From Dicyema japonicum (lineage: Eukaryota; Animalia; Dicyemida), in NCBI GenBank assembly GCA_011109175.1, contig RDEW01000028.1, positions 640,413-674,373 of the forward strand: DNA of 33,961 bases, given 5' to 3'. This document shows, in pieces, positions 1 to 11,199 of this stretch (position 1 is its first letter; every line of letters starts with the position of its first letter). The position numbers and the translations under genes were made by a program. The notes under the pieces were generated by a model, which saw only the letters and a program-made list of their open reading frames with translations, made no database searches and had not been told where the DNA came from.

Positions 1-63
1 TTATAATTAGTCTTTAAAATTAAAAAAAATGAATTTTATTAATTTATAAAAATTCAAATTTGC

Positions 64-134
64 CTCTCGAATCAGCCAAACTCTCGAATCCGCCGTAATT
101 TACCAGGTACCAAATTTGGCGGATTCGAGAGAGT
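64..134. repeat. Short direct plus inverted repeat, possibly the end of a pogo/Tigger-type MITE
   Basis: CTCTCGAATCAGCC (64-77) and CTCTCGAATCCGCC (81-94) are direct copies. 81-94 is perfectly inverted at 118-131 (GGCGGATTCGAGAG). No second end was found in the window. Confidence 0.4.
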
Positions 135-1094
135 ATGATCAATTTTTTAGGTCAAAATTCCGAATTTATAATGTCAATTTAAAAATCACCTTAGTTATTA
201 GTAATTTTATGTTCTGTTTGTGCTTAAATTATCTAAACTCTTTGGGCCAAACAGGATTCGAACCCAGTTATTGGTGTACCGATGATTTTTTATTACCTTA
301 AGTTCGCTTATCTTAAGTCTATTAAATCCTTTAAGAACAAAATTTAGTATTCCCTTATCAAAATTCTTTAAAAAATTAGAATATGAATGAGGTCCATTAT
401 CAGACTCTTCCCAAATAATTCTGGTCAGAATGAAGAGTTGTCCTCAAGTTGATAAAAATAGAATTTTTAATCAAAAGATTCTTGGAAGTAATATATTAAA
501 CTGAAGTACGGATTAAACCCATTTTTTCCTAGTCTAGACTTTTAGGCTCCGCGCTAATAGCTGGGAGTCTGTTCTGACTTTCGAGAATTTCAAAATAAGA
601 AAATACGACAGTCTCTCAGCCAGATTCCATGTACAACCCATTTTCGTTAAACCCAAGACAGTCTCGGAGAAACGGCCATTCCGTCCTATCAGCTGGATCA
701 TTTTTATTCTCTTTTTACGAAATAAATTTATTTTTGTATTAAAAAATTAATTAATTAATCTCCCGAACATACTCTTGAGCACCCCATGAACAAAAAAACA
801 GGCTCATAAATTATCAAACGAAATATGATATGTCTAATTAATCCGTATGATAATCTTACCAAGTGAACATTATCCTGTCCAAAAGGTCCTCAACCTTGCT
901 TTGACATCAATAAAATCTCAACACTATTTTCAAAAATTAAATTATTATACTTTGTGATTTGGGTACCTGCCTAAATGGTCCATATTCTCAATTTGATCTC
1001 GAAAATATCATTTTAAGACTATTTAAAAAAAGTATTTTTCGACATTGGACATTTCCACGTGATCTGATCGATCTGTTTATCGATATCTTAAAAC

Positions 1095-1740
1095 TACAGT
1101 GAACTCATCTCTAATTAGCCAACCTCTAAATAGGGCATTTTTGGCTAAAAGTTCAAAAATATGTTCATAAAGCAAATTTTCTTAAGAAATTGGCCAATTC
1201 TCAAATAAGCTCATTAAATGGATGGATTTGATGGAATCTAAGGGTATTTTTAATTTGTTATGTTGGCTGTTTTTGTTAAATGATGCACTAATTTCGAATA
1301 AATCACAAAATATTGCTGAAAAGTTATCGATTAGTGATTTCAAGAATTCAAAAGGCTTTTTTACAAAAATTCAAAAAAAGACTAGGTTTTCGAATGCATA
1401 AGTTACATGGGGCATAACTGACAAACAACCTGACCTAGAAGGATTTGTAGATCACTTTGAAGAAATTTCCAAACATTATAAAAAACAAAATTTACAATAT
1501 GGACGAGACAGGGCTTTATTGTAAACTGATCCGTCCAAGAGGCACATGCAAAAACACGATTTGGTGGATATAAAAATTTCAAAGATCGGGTTTCAATTAT
1601 GCTATGTACAAATATGAATGAATCCATAAATTAAAGTCAGTTATGAGTTCAAAATCTAAAGTACCCAGATGTTTCAAATTTCCAAATTGGCCACAAATAG
1701 TTCAGGGACAATTTGGGCCAATTTAAGGGACCTTACTGTA
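1095..1740 (+). mobile_element. Internally deleted pogo/Tigger DNA transposon
   Basis: Begins TACAGTGAACTC (1095) and ends GGGACCTTACTGTA (1740), i.e. diverged TACAGT-type termini. Frameshifted DDE_1 fragments KIYNMDETGLYCKL and GGYKNFKDRVSIMLCTN lie at about 1490-1620. Confidence 0.8.
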
Positions 1741-2438
1741 TTTTCAAAAATTTTAGGAGAGAATAAAATACACTTTTTTCTCTGTTTTGGACATTAAAGA
1801 GCCGATTTTTATAAATAACTTACCTACGTCATCGGATATCTCAATGATCAAGGAAAACAGCTAAACCTGATTTCTGGAATTGATGGCTCTGGTTCAGAAT
1901 AAATCAGCGGCCAGCAAAAAATATACCAAGAACTCAAAATATTGCTAGTTTACTGTTATCATTTTTTATCTTTATTTTCGTCATAATAAAATTTTATTTA
2001 TTCAATAATGAAATTTCCCATTTAAATCCTGGTAACCTGGATCGTGGTAACCTCACGAAATCATATCAACAGAAATGATAGACTTAGGAACTCTGGAAAT
2101 AACGAAAACTCTAAGATCCTTTATTCCTGAGTTTTACTTTATTAAACCTATATCATTGTTTTTTCAGTCTTCATATAAGTTAGATTTCTTCATAATCTAC
2201 AGCTCAGTCGTGGATTAAAAAAATATTTTAGTAAAATAAAGTTAGCTGTAAATAAGAGAGAATATATTAAAGTTATCCCCATAAATCCTCCAAAAAAATC
2301 CTCCAAGGTCGAACTATAACCTTAAAAATTATCTTTGTTTTTTAAGTTCTTTCATAAATGTATAAATTTTCCTCTTAGTCGAGTGCCATCGTAGGACTTG
2401 CGAATACAAAAGGCAGTAATACGAATGAAAAGTAAAAA

Positions 2439-2781
2439 ATGGTTTGCTAGTTTTAAATCATCATTTTAGGGAAACGCCATGTCTACCAAAACAAAAAATC
2501 CAGATAACTCTGAATTAGAATTGAAGAAAAAAAATACCCTTGATGCAAACATGTACAAACTAAACGACCCGAGTGATTCATTGAATAAATTTAAAACAGC
2601 GAGCCGTTTAACTAAAAGAATTAGAAGGTAACAATAATCAACTCTTTGTAGACCAAAGCAGTTCACCGCTCACTATATGGAGGATGTAAAGACTTTAAAT
2701 GACACATTTCAAAAATTTTTATTCTACGACGACAAAAGGGAGTTATTAAACGCAATTGATGATAAAAGTTGGAAATTTTAA
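2439..2781 (+). CDS. Hypothetical 96-aa protein starting MGNAMS (possible N-myristoylation), 2 tiny introns
   Basis: ATG 2439-2441, intron 2442-2469 (28 nt, GT..AG), intron 2628-2651 (24 nt, GT..AG), TAA at 2779-2781. Splicing gives an open frame and the introns match host size. No recognisable domain. Confidence 0.45.
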
Positions 2782-3129
2782 AACATTTTTATGTACTTGG
2801 CTTGCTATTTTTAATGCTTAACAATGTGTTTTGTAGTATATTAGGGAATTTTTGATTTTAATAGTAATATCTGGTAATATTTTGACTTTGGATATTTTTA
2901 ATCTTTATGGAATATTTGAATTCCTCAATGTTGTTTTCCCTTAGAACTCCCAATCTCGGTATCTATTTGGACTTTTGATCTCCCCCACTCTCTTGGAGAG
3001 GTTTCCACACTGCAAGGAATGGACGTCTCTTACCTTTTATGCTAGTTCCGGATGAACTTGTGTGATGTTGGGGGACTCTGTTTCAGTAACATTGAAAACT
3101 GGATACACTTAGTTTACTGTTTACTTCCT

Positions 3130-3330
3130 TTTTGGTGTTTTATGACTCATCCGAAAAGGTGTCACTCATTCCGGAAAGGAACGAAAAGAACCATCAACTT
3201 TTCCCACCAATTGGGGGTTCCCGTGACCTATCCTTCTCGGTGTATTCGGGGTTAATAATAATTGGGGACTTTCACCTTGATTCCCTATTTATGGACATAA
3301 GTTATCTTGTTCATCTTAATTTGACAAACA
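3130..3330 (-). mobile_element. Possible Helitron/Helentron Rep-helicase remnant
   Basis: The minus strand reads ...KVPNNY*P...WEKLMVLFVPFRNE*HL, resembling the LMLFxPWRxE motif of Helitron-type proteins. It is a single motif with stops. Confidence 0.25.
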
Positions 3331-3736
3331 AACGAATAGAATTATATGTCACTGTTCTGATGTATTTTCATTGGTTATACTCAAGCCGTGTAATGCAGGG
3401 GAGCTATTTTTGGCATTGGTTTTGTTTGGAGATGATTTCTTGAATTGATCTCGTTTCTAATTATCAATGGAAGTAGGGAAATTCACCATTGAATGAATTT
3501 AATATGGAAAAGCAGATATCTCTTGGACATTTCGTGTTTTCTCAAGTTTATTGATAAAGTCATTTTCAATAAGACACCAATTTTTAGCTGGATTTGAACT
3601 GCAGAACAACTCATGAGTAACCACAACCAACCGACCAAGTGGCTTAGGCTGTCGGGCTTAAGTGGCTTAGGCTACAGATTTGAATCTCGCTGCTGTTCAC
3701 CTGGTGGAAGGTTCCACGCATCTACGATGCAGAAAG

Positions 3737-3905
3737 GGTTTGACGAGTGACGCCATCATCAGTGGATACTGACTGCGGAACTGGATTGTCTAGAAAAGAC
3801 ACTCACACAAGAAAAAGAAAAAAAGAAGTGAAGATCATTCTTGGTTCTACGATTAGTTGAAATTAACTGTTCTTTACTTAAATAAAGTGTGTGTCCTGCC
3901 TATGC
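3737..3905. repeat. Unassigned dispersed structured repeat, copy 1
   Basis: Core GGTTTGACGAGTGACGCCATCATCAGT-hairpin-GCGGAACTGGATTGTC, then an A-rich tract, then AATAAAGTGTGTGTCCTGCCTA. Homologous to 21260-21490 and 31265-31470. Confidence 0.85.
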
Positions 3906-3989
3906 GGAACTATAAATACTATGGCTCTCGTGAAAAGGCTTTATTAATAAGACACCAGATACCCCACGTAGTGCTGTGATATGAAAATA

Positions 3990-4200
3990 ATCAAATCATC
4001 GGGAGCCGTTGGTCCAATGACGGCTGAGTTCTTGCGAGAACTCGGAGGATTGCTTGCCAGAAAGAAAAGGGATCAACGAGAAGGGTTATGGCTAAGACAA
4101 AAGATTGGAATAGCCATACTCCGAGGGAACTCGTTCGCAATCCACGCAGCAGGCTTTTTCAACTGACATTTGTTTAATTGTTAAAAAAACTTTTCTTTTG
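3990..4200 (+). mobile_element. CRE-like non-LTR retrotransposon, 3' fragment (end of RLE domain)
   Basis: SSGAVGPMTAEFLRELGGLL...WLRQKIGIAILRGNSFAI matches the QRxSIAIxRGN C-terminus of CRE-clade proteins. An AT-rich tail with AATAAA follows. Confidence 0.8.
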
Positions 4201-4634
4201 AAATAAATGTTAAATAATCAAATTTTATTCTCATCAAATAGTTTCCATTCTTCCTAGAATTTTTTGAATAACGAAATTATTCAAACTTGTTAACTCAAAC
4301 TTTTCGTATTGGTAAAAGGTTTAAAAATCAATATTTTCAAATTGGATCAAAATTATATTTCTTTCATCAAACTGGGGACCTGATACAATTGGTACCGATT
4401 CTCAGGTTAGAAGAGATCGAAAGTTTGTTTTCAAAAATGTGGTCTAAATAACTAGATGATCAACTATACGTTTTGCTTTTGCACTTCTTAATGCTCATAA
4501 AGATCTCATGGAGGCTGATCTCCTTGCATGTTTATGATTAAAAGAACTTGGAAATCACCTTCAGAAATTTGTGTATGGGATGATAGATAGCATGATATAC
4601 TAGGGACTTTGTAATTCTTAAAAAGATGACTCTA

Positions 4635-4960
4635 CAGTTGTTCCCAAGTAAACAATTAATGGCTTTTTTGTTCTTGTTTATTTTTAATGATTTTGTCGAA
4701 TCTTGGGATTTGCTGCTAATCGCAATACGAATGTCATGTTCGGAATTCAGGCGATTTCAGTATTTTTAATTGCCAAAAGAGAGCTGAATCCTGATATACA
4801 CAAGTATGTCGTTGCAAATGGAATAAGTTCATAAAAAGCCGTTTGAGATAATCGTGGATACATTTTCATTACTGAACTCAAAAAACTCCTCCAATGTAAA
4901 ATTGTGAAATTCTATTTGAAGTGCAAAAAAATTAACTATAAATTTTTTAAATCTAGCACC
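4635..4960 (-). mobile_element. hAT (Charlie/Buster-like) transposon, 3' end remnant
   Basis: The minus strand (frameshifted) reads MYPRLSQTAFYELIPFATTYLCISGFSSLLAIKN and NSEHDIRIAI..PRFDKIIKNKQEQKSH*, the hAT dimerisation domain, with the stop at 4656-4658. The terminus CAGTTGTTCCCAA at 4635 resembles the Charlie TIR CAGTGGTTCCCAA. Confidence 0.8.
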
Positions 4961-5288
4961 CCCTGGGAGTCGAGCACCATCGTTTGGGAACCCCTCCACT
5001 AGAAGATAAGAGTTATTGTCAAAATTAAGTATTCCTGAAGTCCATGCCATCTTTCTTCCAGCGGTTGGTCGTGGAATCCAAGATTAATCTCTATAAAGGT
5101 TTCTTGTATCATAGGCAGACTTACAGATATAATCTGCCCAAGGGGATAAAGTGATGACTTGGTAAGATTCCTGATTATTAATTTTCAAAGTCCTAAATTA
5201 ATTGTTTCGTTATTATATTGATTGGAAAATAATCAATTATTGCTAATTAAATTACTTTAATTTACAACAAGTCACGCAAAGTCTTCAA

Positions 5289-8092
5289 ATGAGTGATCTC
5301 AGGAGTAAAGAAATGACTCTCTGTCGGCTTTATATTCAACAAGAAGCAGCTTTTTACTGTGTAGCTGAACTAGGGGACATGGGAGTCGCACAATTCAGAG
5401 ATGTGGTTTCTTATAATCATCGCTTAGTTAAGTTCCCAAAGTTTGTATCATAAATATTTTAACGAAATCAAACGCTGCGATGAAATCGAACAGAAAATAA
5501 GTCATTTTTCGTAAATTTTTTAGTTTATATCAAAAACTGTGCTACGGAAGAAGATGTCCAAATAAACGATTACTTTGACGACTATTCTCTTCCAAAGCAA
5601 GGGGATTTGCTGGAACTTGAGGTTTTGTTCTTTCAAAAATAAAGGAATCCGTCCAAGTTATAATGAAGGATCTGGTCAATGCCAATCAGAAATATTCTGA
5701 ATTAAAAAACAATTTCAACAAACTTGTGGAAATGAGTGAAATTTTGGAGCAAACTCACAGCTTCGTCACTCTCTTTGTTTGCAGATCACTTTATTTTAGG
5801 GAAGGAATAATAAGGGCACGAATGAATCCACAGACCCTCTTCTCACAGCAAATGTTGATAATTTTAAGTTTTGATATTTTTAAAGTTAGTTTAATCGCCG
5901 GTATTATCGACGTCTGCAAGATTTCAGTTTTAAATCGATTGATCTGGCGTTCTTGTCGAGGGAATGTGATTATGAAAAATTTTAGCTTAGAAAAAAATGT
6001 ATTTTACTCAGAAAAAGTATTTTGTCGCATATAAAGTAAAAGTCGACAAAAAATATATTTCTTTTAATCTTTCGTGGGGATCACCATCGTTCGAAAGTCA
6101 CTCAACTCTGCGAAGCGTATAAAAATTATAACCTACTAGATTATGTGGGGAGATCTTCGACTGCCCCAAAAACCTCAAGGTTAGGGCTGAGTTGTCCCAC
6201 CAAATCAATGATAACATTTATCAGCTGGAATCTGTATTTTTGAATGTCCTCACTTCGAGGGTGATTGAAGAAACTGAAATTCATAAGAAATCATTGCTAA
6301 AATCGGTTTCTCTGAAATACAAACGTGGCTTATAAAAATTAAAAAATTAAAATCAGTCTATTTTACACTCAATATGTTTAATACGGACTCTTCAAAGACG
6401 TTGTTTATTGGAGAATGCTGGTGTCCCTCCGAAGATGTATGCAAAGTCAAAATGGTCCTTGAAGATTCAAATGTGAGCTTTAAGCACAAATTTTAGAAAT
6501 TTGGCGGTTGGAACACTCCGTCCTTTCTTGAGAGACATTCCACTTCTTTGCCACATCCTACGTGCAATAAATCAAACAAATTCACAGCCGCTTTTCAAAG
6601 CTTGATAGACGCCTATGGAGTCCCAGACTATATGGAGATCAATCCAAGTATCTCACCTTGACTTACAGTAGCTATTTTTACTATAATCACCTTCCCCTTT
6701 CTCTTCTCCCTCATGTTTGGGGACGCTGGCCACGGGTTGATTTTACTTATTGTTTCTTCCGTTATGATTCTCTATGAAAAAACCATTTTAAAAATAAAGA
6801 ATAAAGACGACGTTTGTGGTTTGCAGAATCCTAGATTTTTTCCATTATTTTCAGTGGTCGCTATATAATCCTTCTGACGGGGATATTTTCAGTTTACTCG
6901 GGATTCGTTTACAACGATATCTTTTCAAAGTCGGTCACTTTTTTCGAATCCAGTTGGTCAGGAAGACATCATCAGTTTATAATTGTGTTAATTTTTAAGG
7001 ATCTCTCCCACAAATTATAAAAATTTTTCTGAATTTGCATCCCTCAACTTAAAACGTGACTATCGCGGAAGACCTTATATTTATGGAATCGACCCTGTTT
7101 TTACGTAATTTTAAGGTAGATTTGGCTTTTGGCGGAAAATGAGATGATCTTTACGAATTCTTACAAAATGAAGCTCTCCATAACGGTCGCAGTCATTCAC
7201 ATGCTGTTTGCTATATGCCTTCAGAATCTCAACCACACAAAATTCTCCAATCAGAAAAGAATCTTCACCGAGTTCTTCCCGATGTTCATTTTCCTCATTT
7301 CCTTATTCGGATATCTTGTGATCCTCATTTTTGTGAAGTGGGGAGCCTTTAACTTCTCAGAGGTTGAATGTGCTCCCAGCCTGCTGATTCGTATTTTTTA
7401 AATTAAATACTTAGACTTCATCAACATGATGATGTTCCAATATTATGAACCAGGCAGTTCAGCGAGTCCTTGCAGCACGTGGGTTTTTTATCACGGTCAA
7501 GTTAAAAATTGTATTTTTTGTAGAAAGACTTTCAAAATTTTTTGATATTTTTGCTGATAATCTGCATTCCGTGGATGCTTTTTGGGACTCCGTTGTCGAT
7601 TTATTATTTCTCAAAAAATGAGACTATAACAAGCATAAACCTGGACGAAGAAGTCACGGATGTAAAAGATTCCCAATCTTTAAGCGATTTGATGGCTGAA
7701 AGAGCGATCCACACAGTGGAGTTTTGTCTCGGCTGTATTTCCCACACAGCATCATATTTAAGACTCTGGGCTCTTAGTCTGGCTCATAGACGTATTCTTA
7801 TTTATTGATTCAAGAACTTTCCAGAGTTTTGTGGACGATGGTACTTAGATTTGGGTTGAGACAATCTTCCTATTCTGGATCTTTCATCTTATTTATAGTT
7901 TTTATTCCCTGGGTTTTCCTAACGGTGACAATTCTTGTGGTTATGGAAGGATTATCAGCATTCTTACACGCATTGAGACTTCATTGGTATTTTTTCTCAC
8001 TTTTTAAGGATTGAATTCCAATCTAAATTTTACGGGGAACTGGTATTCCATTCGAACCGTTTTCATTCTCAACTTTAACTCAAAATAATTAA
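5289..8092 (+). CDS. ATP6V0A: V-type proton ATPase V0 subunit a, 16-17 introns of 22-26 nt; two apparent 1-nt frameshifts
   Basis: Hand splicing gives [115 protein letters not shown]. Introns: 5403-5427, 5501-5523, 5622-5644, 5777-5799, 5868-5889, 6017-6042, 6117-6139, (6234-6260 uncertain), 6473-6496, 6648-6671, 6812-6834, 6975-6999, 7097-7119, 7391-7414, 7501-7523, 7792-7814, 7987-8008. One base is missing near 6305-6314 and one at 8034-8037. Confidence 0.97.
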
Positions 8093-8957
8093 CTTACATT
8101 TAATTATTTAACCAAAAACTTTAGTTGACATTACAGAGATAACCTAATGATTTTGATTTAGTTCTGATTTTTATCCACGTGGGATGGTCCCTATTCTTCT
8201 AAAGGGTGCAATCTATAGAGGAGAAAATACTGGGGGTTGAGAGACTGGAATGCCTGGTCCCAACACTAGGTAGTCTGTCGAAAACAATCTACTAAGTTGC
8301 AAGAACAAGAATGAACCCAAAATGACGCAATGGCTCTTCCGGTGATTCAAGAATCAAAACTCGTTATTAGGACCGATGGCTTGGCTGACGGCTTCCCATA
8401 TTCGGTCTACAAATGCATGGAAGAACGGGAAATGAAAATTAACCACTGTTTGTGACATAAAAATTGGTCTGATGGACTTATTGTCAGAAAAGGTATCCTG
8501 AACAAGTGGTGTGAATCTTAAAAATCTAGAGTCGAAGACATTCTGGAAAATGCCAGTTTTAAACCTAAAACGGTATTAAACTGCTTTTTATGTTGAAGAG
8601 TGCCGGGAGTAGTTAGTATTGTGTTACTGTTGTCTTCGAATTAAATGTTTTCTGTCACGATACTTTTTTCATAATGGAATATCTTCACCAGTGTTTATAC
8701 CCAGGGAGAAAAGTATGAAGATCCCTTTCAACAACTGTGTCGTGCAAAGGGACTCGTCGGTGGAATCTGTTTGACGAGGTTTGACCTTTGCTGAAAACTC
8801 CATCTTTCGGATTCGAACTCACAACAGTCAGATCCGATGTCATCAGACGTTACGTTAAGTCGGAAGGCGCCATCCTTTTCAGTCATAAATGTTGTATATA
8901 TAATATTTAAATGCTAAAATTAATATGCGGCAATTAACAATTTAAATAAATAAAACA

Positions 8958-9327
8958 ATTTTCCCATTTGAAAGGGGTAAACCTTTGGTCTGTGACGCTA
9001 CTTGTGTCGACACACTTTGCCCGTCCAACATTGTCGAGAGCGCGGTAGACACACTTTATGCTGCGGAAAAAACGATGAGGGCAAAGGAGAAGAAATATGA
9101 AGCGCTACTCGACTGATTCGCGTTTTATCTGATTGTGGTCGAGACAACTGGAGGAATAAGTGGAAAATCGCTTCGCTTCCTAAAGAAAATTGGACGCTTA
9201 GCTACACTAAAAGCCACGACATACGTGAGACCCGGTGGCTTCTCCAATGATCTCTGTTGCAATCGCGGGAGGCAACGTAACGTCGATAATGTCGGCGGGG
9301 TTCACTTTGGATGGATGGCCGTGTTAA
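8958..9327 (+). mobile_element. CRE-like non-LTR retrotransposon, 3' fragment (RLE domain), degenerate
   Basis: IFPFERGKPLVCDATCVDTL...AKEKKY...VVETTGG..., then a frameshift to ISVAIAGGN. Contains internal stops. Confidence 0.85.
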
Positions 9328-10149
9328 TTAATTATCTTAATTATTTACATGTTTAAAAAAAATAAATAAAATAATGTTAACAATTAAAAACGTGGCGGAG
9401 GACTTGAAAGAAGTAAAACGAGAATTGAAATCCGCTTACGACCTGGACACAGTAAGAACCATAGCTAACAATGTAGGTGTGGAAGATATTGAGTAGTTTC
9501 TTTTGCTTCACATAGAGGAGTTATAAAAATATAGCTCTCATGAAAGTGATAATAATAATAACGTGGCGGAGGGTGCGTTGTACATTTTTTTCTCAAAACA
9601 AGCGTTAAAAAGATATCACTAACGTGGATGATGAGGGCACAAGTAACAAATGCGCTGTTTTCTGGGATGGATAAATAAGTACTGGATCTGGTGACGATTT
9701 GAGGAGATCAGGCCAATAAAAATGATTCAGAAGACCCGGAATCCACGGATTATTCAGTCATAACTTTATCAGTTTGTATTTATTTCTTCTTGCATCATAG
9801 AGGGATGTCTTTACTCAAAATCTCTTAAAACTTGCTCTGAAGAAATCACGAGATTCTCTTCTATGAACCTTAACTATTGGTCGATGATTCTAAACTTAAA
9901 AATCCTAACTTCCTTTGCGAGGGGACTAACCATGGTAGACGTCTGCCTAAGACTCTGTCAGATGACATTCTTTTCAAAATGAAATAATCTAAAGAACCAA
10001 ATCAGTTTTCCACTAGTTGTTGAGGTAAACTGGGTGTTTCCAAGAATTCCGCGCATTTTCTTGCGTTTTTAAACATATATAGGATACAAGTTAGTTGTCT
10101 GTATCATTAAATCAAAACTTTCGTACGTGGAAGAAAACTCTTTTGAAGT

Positions 10150-10940
10150 TTGGTCTTTATATCTGAAGAGATTTTCTTTAAAAAGATGCTTCTCATGAAT
10201 CTGTTCTGAGCCCGATTCATTTCGGGGGAAAGCATGGGGAAAACTGGTAAACGGATATTGAAGAGCACGGCACAAGCGGAATCCTAAGTATTCATATGCT
10301 TATTGGTAACGCGGGAATGCTCTTAACCAACTAACTTATGTCGGACTTTTTACAGTCGAGATACGGCAATACAAAATTGTTTATCTATGCCGGCAATGTT
10401 CTTGTCTCAGATATACCAGAGTTTTTGGATAGAAGACTTTTGGAATACATGAACCTAATCATTCATCGGTGAAGAATGAAAAGTCTGAACCTATCTACCA
10501 GAAAGACAAAAACTATCCATATTTCATGTCTCAGCAAATTCCACTAGGATTGTACACTGTAATCCGATTGCGACATAATTCTTATTATTTGGGAGTAAAG
10601 GCGACTACAGAAAAAATATTTAACTTAGGAAAAAAAGCCGTTCTTACTGTCTATTCAGAAGATCAGATACTTTTCTCTTGTCATCTGAAGAATCGTTTTT
10701 CATCACTCTTATATAGATGCGAAGAATGGTTCTTTTCTGATGAAAAATAATTATCCTGATATTTGAAAAGAGGTGATCGGATATAAAATTTTCTCTTTGT
10801 TGTGGTCAGGCATCAAGTCAAATGAGAACCTATTGGGACAAGTGAGGGTGAATGTGGAGAAGAAATAACGGCTTTCCTTATGAAGAGATGCGATCTTCCT
10901 TCTTATGTCCAGCTTACTGTCGATTTACTGTTGAAGAAGG
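10150..10940 (+). mobile_element. Degenerate RTE-like non-LTR RT and C-terminal region
   Basis: Decayed QGGILS, then LFIYAGNVL (YADD relic), YLGV and SSLLYRCEEWF (RTE-type LLYGCExW motif). It resembles the insert at 11620-12117. Confidence 0.55.
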
Positions 10941-11199
10941 ACCCAGTGAGGAGTCCAGGTTCTTTGATGCAGGTATTTCGACTGTCTTTCACCTTTAACC
11001 TTGGAATTACGTTAATGAAACCAGATGGAAAACTATTTTACGAAAAGAACTACTCTCGATGCTAAGTCACAACTAAGAACGATCCAGTGGTCTTATAGCT
11101 CATGGATAGATTACATGCCAAGAGGTGTTTCAAGAGAATAAGTTGTTCGGCATCAACTTACCCCGAGGTAGTGACAATTCGTGAAGAACAAGTACGAGG

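Noticed and set aside
241-280. tRNA-like GGTTCGAATCC (B-box/T-loop) on the minus strand; a similar GGTTCGAATC at about 16684
   Set aside because: No acceptor stem, D-arm or anticodon arm can be built at either site.
3132-3443. IIIGDFH motif suggesting an APE endonuclease on the plus strand
   Set aside because: No other APE motifs flank it.
3637-3673. AAGTGGCTTAGGCT twice, containing the nematode-type telomere unit TTAGGC
   Set aside because: Only two isolated units; this is a local duplication, not a telomeric array.
5289-8092. Ciliate-type alternative genetic code to explain the fragmented ORF track
   Set aside because: All in-frame stops disappear on removing GT..AG micro-introns or fixing single-base shifts, and the genes end in ordinary TAA/TGA.
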